DNA of 33,763 nucleotides, from NCBI GenBank assembly GCA_046075565.1, contig JBJTQJ010000123.1, positions 1 through 33,763 on the forward strand, read 5' to 3'. A model generated the notes under the pieces. That model searched no databases. It was given only the letters and a program-made list of their open reading frames with translations, and had not been told where the DNA came from. This DNA comes from Verrucomicrobiales bacterium (GTDB taxonomy: Bacteria > Verrucomicrobiota > Verrucomicrobiia > Verrucomicrobiales > SLCJ01). The position numbers were made by a program, and so were the translations under genes. Positions 16,857-25,813 of this stretch are shown in pieces (position 1 is the stretch's first letter; each line of letters opens with the position of its first letter).

Positions 16857-17608
16857 TTCGCAGATGCTCGCTGGCGGTATTTCCAAGATGTTAGCAAAGC
16901 CTTGAGACCATCCCTCCAGTTGATTTTTTTTCCGTCGGAGTTGCGTCGAGGGTTATAGCTTATCGGAACTTCGGCGATTTCAAATCCACGGGTCAAAAGC
17001 TTCATCGTCAGTTCCGGCTCCCATGCGAAATCGTCGTTGTCAATAGACACACCTTCCAGCGCCGAACGATGGAAACATTTGTAGCAGGTTGGTTCATCGG
17101 TCAATTTGGAACCGGTAAGAAAATTGATCCACATCGTCACTGTAACTCCCCCCAGATATGCCAACACGTAGGAATGAGGGTGTTTCCCGGTGATCAAACC
17201 CAGGAAACCGGAGCGTCCCAACTCCTTCTCCCTGAGAATCCGCGATCCGTAAACGATCTTTTGCTCGCCCCTGAGAATCGGGGAAGCAACTTCCAGGATA
17301 TCCGTCGGCTCATACTCGAGGTCGGCATCCTGAATGATTAGAATGTCGCCTTGGGCCGCCTTCATTGCTGTGCGGACAGCGGCTCCCTTGCCAAGGTTTT
17401 TTGGGTGCCGGATAAACACGACATTGGTGCCCTCCTTCCTCCTTTGAAAGTCTTGGATCACGTCCGCCGACGCGTCCGTCGAGCCGTCGTCAACAATGAT
17501 CAATTCCTTTCCCACGCCGGCCGGCATCGCAAGGGAGGCCACACGCTCCAACAGAGTCCCCACGAGTGCTTTCTCGTTGAATACCGGAATTAGAATAGAA
17601 AGAGTCAC
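16853..17608 (-). CDS. GT2 polyprenol-phosphate glycosyltransferase (DPM1-like)
   Basis: LSILIPVFNE, VDDGSTD, NLGKGAAVR, IQDADLEYEP, YGSR, TDEPTCYK, EPELT, GKKINWRDG. GTG start. Confidence 0.9.
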   Translation of the reverse strand: MTLSILIPVFNEKALVGTLLERVASLAMPAGVGKELIIVDDGSTDASADVIQDFQRRKEGTNVVFIRHPKNLGKGAAVRTAMKAAQGDILIIQDADLEYEPTDILEVASPILRGEQKIVYGSRILREKELGRSGFLGLITGKHPHSYVLAYLGGVTVTMWINFLTGSKLTDEPTCYKCFHRSALEGVSIDNDDFAWEPELTMKLLTRGFEIAEVPISYNPRRNSDGKKINWRDGLKALLTSWKYRQRASAK

Positions 17609-17647
17609 GCTGATATGGTTGCGAAGGGGCGCGGCGGCCTGATACGG

Positions 17648-18856
17648 CTAATGGTGAAAACCAGCCAAGTGGAGGAATCTCACGATTGGACAGGACAGAA
17701 GAAACTCCCGCGTATTCCAACAGACCGGCACTCCGATAAAGAGTAGAACCCATGCTCTCTGCTGTAGCGAAGCCAGCAGAAAATGAAAATGACTGTTCTC
17801 AAGCATGGCTCTTCCAATTTTGTTCAACCAAGCAGGTGGGGATGCACCATTGGCATGGAGAATCATCGAACTGGCGAGCCAGAAAAAAAGCCAGCGGCCG
17901 TAGTCAAACCCAAGGAGGAACAAGGGACTGATGGCCGCGAACTGAACAAGCAGGATTCCTATGAGCCGCCCGTTCGGGCAATCCTCGCAAACCAAATTGA
18001 GCGAGAACGCTATGACAAGAAAGAACGAGGTGGTGAATAGCATCAACCACGCCAGCGGCTGATAAAGCCCGGAAGTCAGCAGATCCAACCCCAAGGACAA
18101 GCCTTTTTCCGGCGTCCAACCGATGGCCTGGATGGCTGCGGCGGGCTGGCATATTAACTCGCTTTCGGGATTGGTTGATTGCCAGAGGGGAAACCAAGAA
18201 ATGTTTACCCGCCGCGCCGTTTCGACGTCGCCATGATTCAAAGCCGCCACGATGAAGCCACTCAGAAGCAGGCCGCCGATGACAATCCCTCGGTTCTTGA
18301 AATGAGCGGTAGTTCCTGACGACAAAGGCCAGGTGAAAACCACAAACGCCGGAAGCGCGAAAAAAACATACGCCTCATGAATTAGGACTGCTATTACCGA
18401 GATTAAGCTCGCCTGAACCATGGCCAGTGTGGTTGGCTTGGCAAGGCGTAACAAACGGAGACTCGTGAGAAAACACAGGAGCAGAAAACAATCTTTTCTT
18501 ACAATAGAATCTTGACACGCGGGAAATGCGAGCACAAAGCAGGAGACAATGAAAACTGGATGGAAAGCATTCTTGGCCATCCGATAGAATAGAATCGAGA
18601 ATACGACATAGACAACATACGAAAAGACCACAACGAGGCGGGTGGCGCGGATTCCTGTTAGATGTGCTAAGGCATGAAAGAGTTCACCCGAAAGCCCACG
18701 CCGCACGAATCCGCCTTGATAATTGATCAACCATTCGGTCAATTGCCAGCTATCGTGACCGAACTTTAAGGCTACGCTCCATTGAACAACCGAAGATATC
18801 GCGATGAGCGCCAGGAGCAGTCCGAACACAATACGGTTCATGATTGACTGAGACAT
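17648..18856 (-). CDS. Polytopic membrane protein, possible GT-C-like transferase
   Basis: About 10 hydrophobic segments; EWLINYQGGFVRRGLSGE in the first loop, RKD, IHEAYVF, DYGRW. Noticeably AT-richer than the flanks. Confidence 0.7.
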   Translation of the reverse strand: MSQSIMNRIVFGLLLALIAISSVVQWSVALKFGHDSWQLTEWLINYQGGFVRRGLSGELFHALAHLTGIRATRLVVVFSYVVYVVFSILFYRMAKNAFHPVFIVSCFVLAFPACQDSIVRKDCFLLLCFLTSLRLLRLAKPTTLAMVQASLISVIAVLIHEAYVFFALPAFVVFTWPLSSGTTAHFKNRGIVIGGLLLSGFIVAALNHGDVETARRVNISWFPLWQSTNPESELICQPAAAIQAIGWTPEKGLSLGLDLLTSGLYQPLAWLMLFTTSFFLVIAFSLNLVCEDCPNGRLIGILLVQFAAISPLFLLGFDYGRWLFFWLASSMILHANGASPPAWLNKIGRAMLENSHFHFLLASLQQRAWVLLFIGVPVCWNTREFLLSCPIVRFLHLAGFHH

Positions 18857-18901
18857 AGGACGAACGGGAGTCTACCTCCGGATAAATAAAGCGTGGGGAG
18901 A

Positions 18902-19186
18902 TCAATCCAGATCGAGAAAACCCCCGCCATGACCTTGCTTTCCGATAGTCGGATCACTCAAGTCACTCGCATGGTATAGGTCAGGCCCATGCACTTGCTG
19001 CCGTCGGGGCTTGGCGAGCCACGCCGCGCACCAAGAGAAGCTGCCATTACTCATGATGTGATTCGAATCAGTGACCATAAGCTCAATATCCCGAAGAATC
19101 GGGTCCGTCTTCGCCTCGTCGACGCACCGCGCTCCGCCAAGTTGCCCTTGACGCAGTGCAACGGGCCGGCGTCTGGCACAAACACC
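18902..19186 (-). pseudogene. Degenerate C-terminal fragment of a GT11 fucosyltransferase
   Basis: Manual translation EAKTDPILRDIELMVTDSNHIMSNGSFSWCAAWLAKPRRQQVHGP aligns with GAKSNPLIDWFLMSRANHHILSNSSYAWWAAWFGRKPGQTVLVP of the intact GT11 at 19999-20877. Confidence 0.7.
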
Positions 19187-20002
19187 CTACAACGCTCCCC
19201 CCGCGCTTGCCTTCGTTTTCCTCGCCAAGAAGATTCCGCAGCCCCACTGGCAGCCGAAGGAAGTTTCCGCCTCGGGCGAACGCCAGTCCGCGTCCGGATG
19301 GAGATTCCCATGGTCATCCACGTAGTGGAAACCTTCGATGGAAAACTTCTCTTCAAGTAAACGCAGGATCGTGCTCGACGCGAAAACCCGATGCGCGTTG
19401 AATTCCACCCTCTGGGGACCGATGGGCACCGATAGATAGAGGATCCCACCGGGTTCAAGCATGTCTGTAAGATTCGCAAACGCCTTTTCATGGCCAATCG
19501 GGTCGATTGGATCGCCATAACGGCCCAACCCGAAGTGCTCGAGGGCATGGAGGCAGGACAAAGAATCACAGGAAGATTTCCATGATTCCGGCAAAGGAGC
19601 CATCAGGTCCAACCGGTGGAAGAGAATCGGGTGGGGCACTTCAGGATTCGATCGAATATCCAGCACCTCGATTTCCCGAAAAGCCGCGACATGGGCGACA
19701 AAGCCGTCCACCCTCGAACCCACATCCACATGGCGACGGGGATTGGCCTCATGAATGCGGCGCGCGACCAGCAGATCTTGGTGAAAGTAGTGACCACTTG
19801 CGTTTCCTCCGGTTTCCCCGGCCTCCGTTAGTATTGGCAAGTCGGGACCAGGAGGAAATGTTCCCGTGAGTCTGCCGCAGGATGCCTGCCGGAAAAATTC
19901 TTGTTTCTGCCGCCGGAACGCGGGCCAAGATTTTAAATTCGCGATCGCTACCTTGGGGGAAAACCCGCAGAATCGCAGAAGATTACCCGCGAACCGTCTC
20001 AT
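19187..20002 (-). CDS. DUF268-like SAM-dependent methyltransferase
   Basis: GHYFHQDLLVA, HVDVGSRVDGFV, SLSCLHALEHFGLGRYGDPID, EFNAHRVF. ATGA overlap at 19999-20002. Confidence 0.85.
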   Translation of the reverse strand: MRRFAGNLLRFCGFSPKVAIANLKSWPAFRRQKQEFFRQASCGRLTGTFPPGPDLPILTEAGETGGNASGHYFHQDLLVARRIHEANPRRHVDVGSRVDGFVAHVAAFREIEVLDIRSNPEVPHPILFHRLDLMAPLPESWKSSCDSLSCLHALEHFGLGRYGDPIDPIGHEKAFANLTDMLEPGGILYLSVPIGPQRVEFNAHRVFASSTILRLLEEKFSIEGFHYVDDHGNLHPDADWRSPEAETSFGCQWGCGIFLARKTKASAGGAL

Positions 20003-20877
20003 CGCACACCTCCCTTGGGTTGAAAAAGTTCCCAGTGCGGCAGGCACTTTTCGCGGACGGGTGCGATAATGCCCTCGAACCATACCGGGGGAACCAACAC
20101 AGTTTGCCCCGGCTTTCGTCCGAACCAGGCAGCCCACCAAGCGTAGCTGCTGTTCGAAAGAATGTGATGGTTTGCGCGGCTCATCAAAAACCAGTCAATC
20201 AGGGGATTGGATTTCGCCCCAGTGTGGTTTTCAATTTCGACATCTATTTCCGTGAACTGCTCCCGGCACCAATTCACATCATCGGAAAACACATGAAACC
20301 GACACCCCGAAATCCGTCTGCGCATTTCATCCATGGCTTGGCGGAAGTAACCGGGCCCAAGTAGATCCGCATTCGGATTGTTCACATAATCGCCGCGTCG
20401 GCAATGTACGGCAACACCACCGGGTGCCGCAATTCGCTCCCCCTCGCGGGCAATATCCTCGGACATGGACCATCTGGATGGGGCAAGTTCTGCATGCAAC
20501 TCTACGTCGATCGAAGCAAAGTAAAGAGGGCTTTGGAAAAATCCGTGGAGTGTCGTGCCCGCTTGCATTTCCAGGATTTCGGGCCGGAAACTCAGGTCAG
20601 CGATGGGTTCACGGACAACTTTTCCTCCGAATATCTCCACAACCAATCGACCGGTGGATCGGTGAAACCATCTTGATACTGGCGTCGGATCCCGCCGATG
20701 GATAGCCTTCAGTGGCAACCTGAGGAGATGAGCAGATACCTTCCATGTTTCGCCATCGATCAGGGAAGAATCAAGAATGAGCGGTACGTCGAGCCGGGTC
20801 GCGATGGCCCGTCCGGCTGCATACTGGAAAAGATTGTTGCCCGATCGTCCGGATAAAATGACGCGGATTCCCTTCAT
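19999..20877 (-). CDS. GT11 alpha-1,2-fucosyltransferase-like
   Basis: GRSGNNLFQYA, GFFQSPLYF, VHCRRGDY, FSDDVNWC, SNSSYAWWAAW. Confidence 0.92.
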   Translation of the reverse strand: MKGIRVILSGRSGNNLFQYAAGRAIATRLDVPLILDSSLIDGETWKVSAHLLRLPLKAIHRRDPTPVSRWFHRSTGRLVVEIFGGKVVREPIADLSFRPEILEMQAGTTLHGFFQSPLYFASIDVELHAELAPSRWSMSEDIAREGERIAAPGGVAVHCRRGDYVNNPNADLLGPGYFRQAMDEMRRRISGCRFHVFSDDVNWCREQFTEIDVEIENHTGAKSNPLIDWFLMSRANHHILSNSSYAWWAAWFGRKPGQTVLVPPVWFEGIIAPVREKCLPHWELFQPKGGVR

Positions 20878-23201
20878 GGCTTCTCGAGCGTGGTCGTTGC
20901 CCGCCCCACCCGCTCGAACTCCACGAGCATTCTTGCCGCCACGGCGGATGAAGCGTAAACCTCGCGCAATTTCAGGCCAGCCTCGCGGACCTCCAGAGGC
21001 TCCATGGCGAGAACGTCATCGAAAGCGGACCAGAAGGAGGATTCGTCATGCAGATGGAACCGTCCCCTGTTGGTCGCAGGCAAAAGGATCTCTTCGACAG
21101 AAGTGCCGGCCACGAAACAAACCGGTGTTCCCAGATAGTATGCTTCCAGCGCAGGCAGTCCGAAGCCTTCGATCTCCGAGGGGAGAATCAAAGCCCTGGC
21201 CATGCTGACTTCCCTGCGGAGTTCGGAATCCTCCAGGAATGGTCGGCAAATCACCCTAGGACAGGCATTTGCCAAGGCAGCGGCGTCCGGTGGCAATTTG
21301 CCCACGAGGTGCAAGGGTGGCAGCTCATGACCAGATGCGGTTTTGTCCGCCCACCAACGTAAGAGATGGGTGGTTCTCTTATGTGGTTCAGGGGAAGCCA
21401 GGTGTATCACATGCGAGCCTTTTTCATTCTGGAACGGTTGTGGCACCACCTCATAGATACATGGTTCGAAGGTCACGGTCACGGGCTTTCGGGTGAGCCC
21501 GTGGCGGTCCATGAATTGTTCAATTTGCTTTTTCGCCGTCTTGGAAACGGTAAGAATGGCATCCGCCTGCTCGATAGTATTCGCAAGCATGCGTGCCCAA
21601 TAGACATATTCCGCGCGGTTTCGCCAACTCGGGTAGTTATCCCGGTAGTGCTGGATGATCGTGTCGTGAATCGTGACAACCTTGTATTTTCCTTTTAGAC
21701 CGAACCATGGCAGGAATCCCTTGGGGTAATACCAGAGGTCCTGCGCGACGGGGGGTCTCGCGAAGAATAGATGGAAATGGTCGGCCAACAACCGGGCGGA
21801 TTTTCCCCTCGTTCCAAAGGGAAGAACAGAACGAACCGCGGCCGTCTCGGGCCCCTGCTGGGAGCTAGTCGAACATACGGGAAAGATGTCCACACGCCCG
21901 GTGGCCGCCAATGCGTTCAGAACCGCCTCCGACATTCGGGCGATGCCGAGACTCCGATCATAACGGGGATTCTGGTCCGCCAGATAGACCCCCATCCGCA
22001 ACACCCGATCCCGGATGATCGTCCGGGCTATGCCGACTGTTTGCCCGGGAATCTCGGGAGCCTCTTGGAACCCGGAGGGCAGGCTTTCCGCACTCCTCGC
22101 GAATGCCGACGCGACCATGCCGACAAATCGCTCGGGGCGGAACCACTTGCCGTAAAACTCCTTGGAGGCGGCGCTCAATTTCTCCCCGCCGGAAGAATTC
22201 TCCCTGAAAGAGATCAACTCATCGGCATAGATCGATGGCGATCGGATCGGAAGCAGTCGGGTGGATTCACAACCATCGAGCATGGCCGGAATACCGGCCC
22301 ACTCGGTTGAAATGATTGGCAATCCGGCACCCAAAGCCTCCATGAGGACAATCGGCGAAGCCTCGGATGCATAATGGGTGGGAAAGAAGAAGACATCAGC
22401 TTTGGCGTAAGCATCCCACTTGTCGGCACCGGTCAACTGGCCCGTGAGTTCAACCGAATCCTGCACTCCAAGTTCAGTTCGAAGTCTGATGGTCTCTTCC
22501 TCGAATTCCGAAGAGAACCACTTGCCGACAATCTGAAACCTGAATTCACGTCCCCTACCCCGTTTGTTCAATTCGTTGGCGGTGCGGAGAATTTCCAGTA
22601 CGCCTTTGCCCTCCTGGAGGCTTCCGAGGAAAAGCACCAGCGTCGGAAGGTCCGCCCCCTTCTTCTCCCGATGCATCTCCGGAACTTCGATGGCGCAGGG
22701 GCACCAGCTCCACCGTTTGGCATGGAAAACCTCATGGGGGGTGATTGTCTCAATCGCCACTTCGAGCGATTCATCGGCTTCTTCGTAGGCAAGTTTTGCC
22801 AATCGACGGCGCAACCACGAGCGAGTGGTGAAAACGGGCAAGCCGCTGGCATGGAAGATAAAAACCGTTGCTCCCGCCAGATGCCTTGTGGCACCTAGGA
22901 AAAAAACATCCCGCAGGAACGGGACCCACCTGGCACTCGCCGGCGGATAGAAGAGCGTTGTTCCCGGATTCGCCTTCAGGTATTTCCTCGCCCGCATCGT
23001 GAGTTGGAAAAGGTAGATCACCTTTTTCCACTGGAACCTTCCGACCTCGCTCATCTCCTCGCTGAATTCCATGCGCAGGCGATGCACATTGAAACCCGGC
23101 CAATCATGATCGAAAAGAATCTGGGTCGCCACCGCCTGGCCATGCCACGGCGGTGGCGTCTGGCCCATGAGCAGCACTTTGGGAAGACTTTGCATTGTCA
23201 A
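20874..23201 (-). CDS. Tandem two-domain GT4 glycosyltransferase
   Basis: Two GT-B units with separate Ex7E motifs: YASEASPIVLMEALGAG and SEIEGFGLPALEAYYLG. Start is TTG 23201 (overlapping the upstream TGA) or ATG 23195. Confidence 0.88.
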   Translation of the reverse strand: MTMQSLPKVLLMGQTPPPWHGQAVATQILFDHDWPGFNVHRLRMEFSEEMSEVGRFQWKKVIYLFQLTMRARKYLKANPGTTLFYPPASARWVPFLRDVFFLGATRHLAGATVFIFHASGLPVFTTRSWLRRRLAKLAYEEADESLEVAIETITPHEVFHAKRWSWCPCAIEVPEMHREKKGADLPTLVLFLGSLQEGKGVLEILRTANELNKRGRGREFRFQIVGKWFSSEFEEETIRLRTELGVQDSVELTGQLTGADKWDAYAKADVFFFPTHYASEASPIVLMEALGAGLPIISTEWAGIPAMLDGCESTRLLPIRSPSIYADELISFRENSSGGEKLSAASKEFYGKWFRPERFVGMVASAFARSAESLPSGFQEAPEIPGQTVGIARTIIRDRVLRMGVYLADQNPRYDRSLGIARMSEAVLNALAATGRVDIFPVCSTSSQQGPETAAVRSVLPFGTRGKSARLLADHFHLFFARPPVAQDLWYYPKGFLPWFGLKGKYKVVTIHDTIIQHYRDNYPSWRNRAEYVYWARMLANTIEQADAILTVSKTAKKQIEQFMDRHGLTRKPVTVTFEPCIYEVVPQPFQNEKGSHVIHLASPEPHKRTTHLLRWWADKTASGHELPPLHLVGKLPPDAAALANACPRVICRPFLEDSELRREVSMARALILPSEIEGFGLPALEAYYLGTPVCFVAGTSVEEILLPATNRGRFHLHDESSFWSAFDDVLAMEPLEVREAGLKLREVYASSAVAARMLVEFERVGRATTTLEKP

Positions 23202-24262
23202 GATAAGCTATCCGCCGTTTGCAACAACACGACGAGCCACTCCCTTTGATCAAGGTATCCGGCACCGGTGTTGAGAGCCAGATTCGCAGCCAAGAGCTGG
23301 TCGGATCTCCCGGCCCAGCCATTTTCCTCCAGCCATTCCCTTGCCGGAGACGTGGAAAGGTTCCGGCGGATCCTCGTCACCGCTTCGTCCGGCGAATAAT
23401 TCCCTCGAAACAGCACATCCTGGGTTATGAAGTGCGCCAGATCGAAACCGACAGCTCCTTCGGGAGCGCCACGCTCCCAGTCGTGCACAATGAGTTTTTC
23501 GTCCGCCCCCACACGCAGATTGGGCCTCGTCAGATCACCATGGCGAATGGAAACAGGAACCTTGTGGGTGCTTAGGTGTTCGAGAATCGCCGCGCCGGTG
23601 TTGGCCATGGAAAACCCTTTTTTGATCCATTGCCACTCGAGAAAGCCCTCCAAGGGGCGCCATTCCTCCTGCAGTCGCAACTCATTCAGAATCTCAAGTA
23701 TCGGTTCGACGGCCTCTCCCTCCCACGACATCCCTTCCATCAACTTCATCCGAAGCATGACTCCTGCCTCCGATGTCTCAAGCGCGATCAACTCCGGAAC
23801 TCTTGAATTGGCCTGCAACAATTGCAGCATTGATGCTTCGTTGGAAAGGATGCTCCCGGCATCCGGTCCACTGGCAAATTTGGCGACCTCCCATGCGCCA
23901 TCCCTCTGCGAAAGAGTGACCGCACGCTCACAAAGATGCCCGGAACTTCCCACCAGAACTCCCACCGGCTTCGGATTCCGCGTGGCAGCCACACCGGCCT
24001 CCACCGTCACATGAGACGGTAAGAGAAAGCGATACAGGCCCAAGTTGACCGCCATCTCCAGGCACCGAGCAACGACTTTGGCCTTCGTTTTCTGGGGCTG
24101 ATAGAGTTGCAAGGTCTTGGCCGCCGTCTCACGGTCCTCTGGAAGTGCGAGCAATACCCTCCCGTCACGGCGCAAAATCGCATGGCGGCATCCCGCGTTG
24201 ACCCCGCTGGCCATCAAAACCGCCGCAAGGACATCTTCTCCCGAATCCCGGTCGCATTTCAT
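23198..24262 (-). CDS. APH/choline-kinase-like phosphotransferase
   Basis: EVAKF (beta3 Lys), SNEASML (alphaC Glu), IRHGDLTRPNL (Brenner-type motif), VHDWE. ATGA overlap at 24259-24262. Confidence 0.75.
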   Translation of the reverse strand: MKCDRDSGEDVLAAVLMASGVNAGCRHAILRRDGRVLLALPEDRETAAKTLQLYQPQKTKAKVVARCLEMAVNLGLYRFLLPSHVTVEAGVAATRNPKPVGVLVGSSGHLCERAVTLSQRDGAWEVAKFASGPDAGSILSNEASMLQLLQANSRVPELIALETSEAGVMLRMKLMEGMSWEGEAVEPILEILNELRLQEEWRPLEGFLEWQWIKKGFSMANTGAAILEHLSTHKVPVSIRHGDLTRPNLRVGADEKLIVHDWERGAPEGAVGFDLAHFITQDVLFRGNYSPDEAVTRIRRNLSTSPAREWLEENGWAGRSDQLLAANLALNTGAGYLDQREWLVVLLQTADSLS

Positions 24263-24888
24263 GATGAAGATGATGACCGCACCCTGCCATTGGAGCTTGC
24301 CTGCGCCCGGAGGCGCGCAAGCACATCAGAAACAACCTCATCGAGAGACCGAGTCGCATCGATCACTTGGACGAGCTGGTTCTTACTGGCAAAACGCAGA
24401 TAAGCCGCCCGCGAATTTTCAAGGGCGGCTTTGGGAACCTCACGCTTTCTGCTGAGCAAAACTTCCGGGGAGGCATCCAGGAAAAACACGGCATCCGGTT
24501 GCGGCATCCATCTGCTCGCCAATCGCGCCAGCCACATCGGGCCGCCATAGCGGTATCGGCGCGGATCAACAACCAAATCCGCATGGTAGCGGTCGAAGAT
24601 CAAGAGCCCGTCGTTCGCCTGCCGACGCAGAGAGCGGAACCAGCCCACCCACCAATTCAAAGCGAGCCAGAAGAGCTTGAGCACTGAGGAGAAAATCCCG
24701 CGCGGTTTTTGCCCGTGCGGATCATCCACCCTCCGGTGAACCGATCCTTTCCCGGAATCGCCAAGGGCCACGGGACGCCAATGTCCCTGCGAGACTATTA
24801 GGCCGGCGGCGCGCGATTGTTCCGACACCGCTGCGATTACCGCCGATTTGCCTGATCCGTCACAGCCGAGGAATGCGATAAAAGGCAT
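24259..24888 (-). CDS. Thymidylate-kinase-like P-loop NMP kinase (glycan-locus type)
   Basis: FLGCDGSGKS P-loop, IFDRY, PQPDAVFFLDASPEVLLSRK, IDATRSLDEV. Confidence 0.85.
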   Translation of the reverse strand: MPFIAFLGCDGSGKSAVIAAVSEQSRAAGLIVSQGHWRPVALGDSGKGSVHRRVDDPHGQKPRGIFSSVLKLFWLALNWWVGWFRSLRRQANDGLLIFDRYHADLVVDPRRYRYGGPMWLARLASRWMPQPDAVFFLDASPEVLLSRKREVPKAALENSRAAYLRFASKNQLVQVIDATRSLDEVVSDVLARLRAQASSNGRVRSSSSS

Positions 24889-24893
24889 GGGTA

Positions 24894-25733
24894 TTACACT
24901 TCACCCTTCGGCTGCGAACCCGGCTTGCGGGCGGCCACATGGATATCGGAACAAAGGGTGGGGAAGAACCTCAAAATCTTCTGGGAAAGGGCGGCCACCG
25001 TGTGGCGCACGACCTGTGGAACCGCGCCGAAAACCTGACTATCCCTGCCGATGAAGTTGCGACCGTAGCATGCCTCTACGACCAGAGAATTGCGCTCACA
25101 GATGTTCTTCAGGTCGGCGAGGATGGGTTCCCTCACATGACCGCGGAAGACCGGTTCCTCCTCATACCACTCATCGAGCGGCGACCAGTTGTTCATACCG
25201 AGGGGCACGGTGATGCGTTTCCGGATATTCGCGGCGTTGGGCGTGGCGAGAAACAACATGCCGCCGGGCTTGAGAATTCTTGTGATTTCCCGGAACAAAC
25301 GTTTTGGAGAATTGTGCCAATGCTCCAGACAATGGAAACATGTCACGGCGTCAACGGAAGCGTCTTCAAATGGCAAGGGGGCCTTTAGGATGTCTTGCTC
25401 GAACATGGCGAAACGGTATTCCTCGCGATATCGTCTCAACAATTCTTCCGCCGGCCCTCGGTTGGAGTTGTCAACGCCACCGCCGCCGCCGTAATCGTCG
25501 ACAAGATTCATCTCCGGCCCCATGGCAGCAACCAGCGGATTGAACCAATAAATCCCGGCTCCGAGGTCCACGATCCGCTTTCCTTCAGCGAGGATTCCGA
25601 AATCGTGCAACATCTGGCAGTAGAAGACAATCCGCTCCTCCAGGGGTTCTCCCTGATACTTCTTGCCTTCGAAAAATTCGTAGGTTCGTTCGATGGCTGG
25701 CTGCCAGTCGTTTCTTTGGGTTACAGAATGCAT
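24894..25733 (-). CDS. Class I SAM-dependent methyltransferase
   Basis: IVDLGAG, LPFEDASVDAVTCFHCLEH, ILKPGG..FLATPN, GHVRE. Start is ATG 25733 (A-rich leader) or 25784. Confidence 0.88.
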   Translation of the reverse strand: MHSVTQRNDWQPAIERTYEFFEGKKYQGEPLEERIVFYCQMLHDFGILAEGKRIVDLGAGIYWFNPLVAAMGPEMNLVDDYGGGGGVDNSNRGPAEELLRRYREEYRFAMFEQDILKAPLPFEDASVDAVTCFHCLEHWHNSPKRLFREITRILKPGGMLFLATPNAANIRKRITVPLGMNNWSPLDEWYEEEPVFRGHVREPILADLKNICERNSLVVEACYGRNFIGRDSQVFGAVPQVVRHTVAALSQKILRFFPTLCSDIHVAARKPGSQPKGEV

Positions 25734-25813
25734 TTTTATTTGGAGATGTCGGGATTTAACCGCTGGGGCAAGAGATGGTTTCATTGTTTGGCATCCCCCG
25801 CCCGCTGCGTGGT

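Noticed and set aside
18902-20002. Programmed TAG readthrough fusing the DUF268 protein to the GT11 fragment
   Set aside because: The fragment is in frame but lacks the GT11 donor-binding motifs and has substitutions at conserved sites; decay is the simpler explanation.
24259-24888. Assigning the symbol tmk
   Set aside because: It lacks the typical EGxDGxGKT and REPG signatures of housekeeping thymidylate kinase and sits inside a glycan operon.
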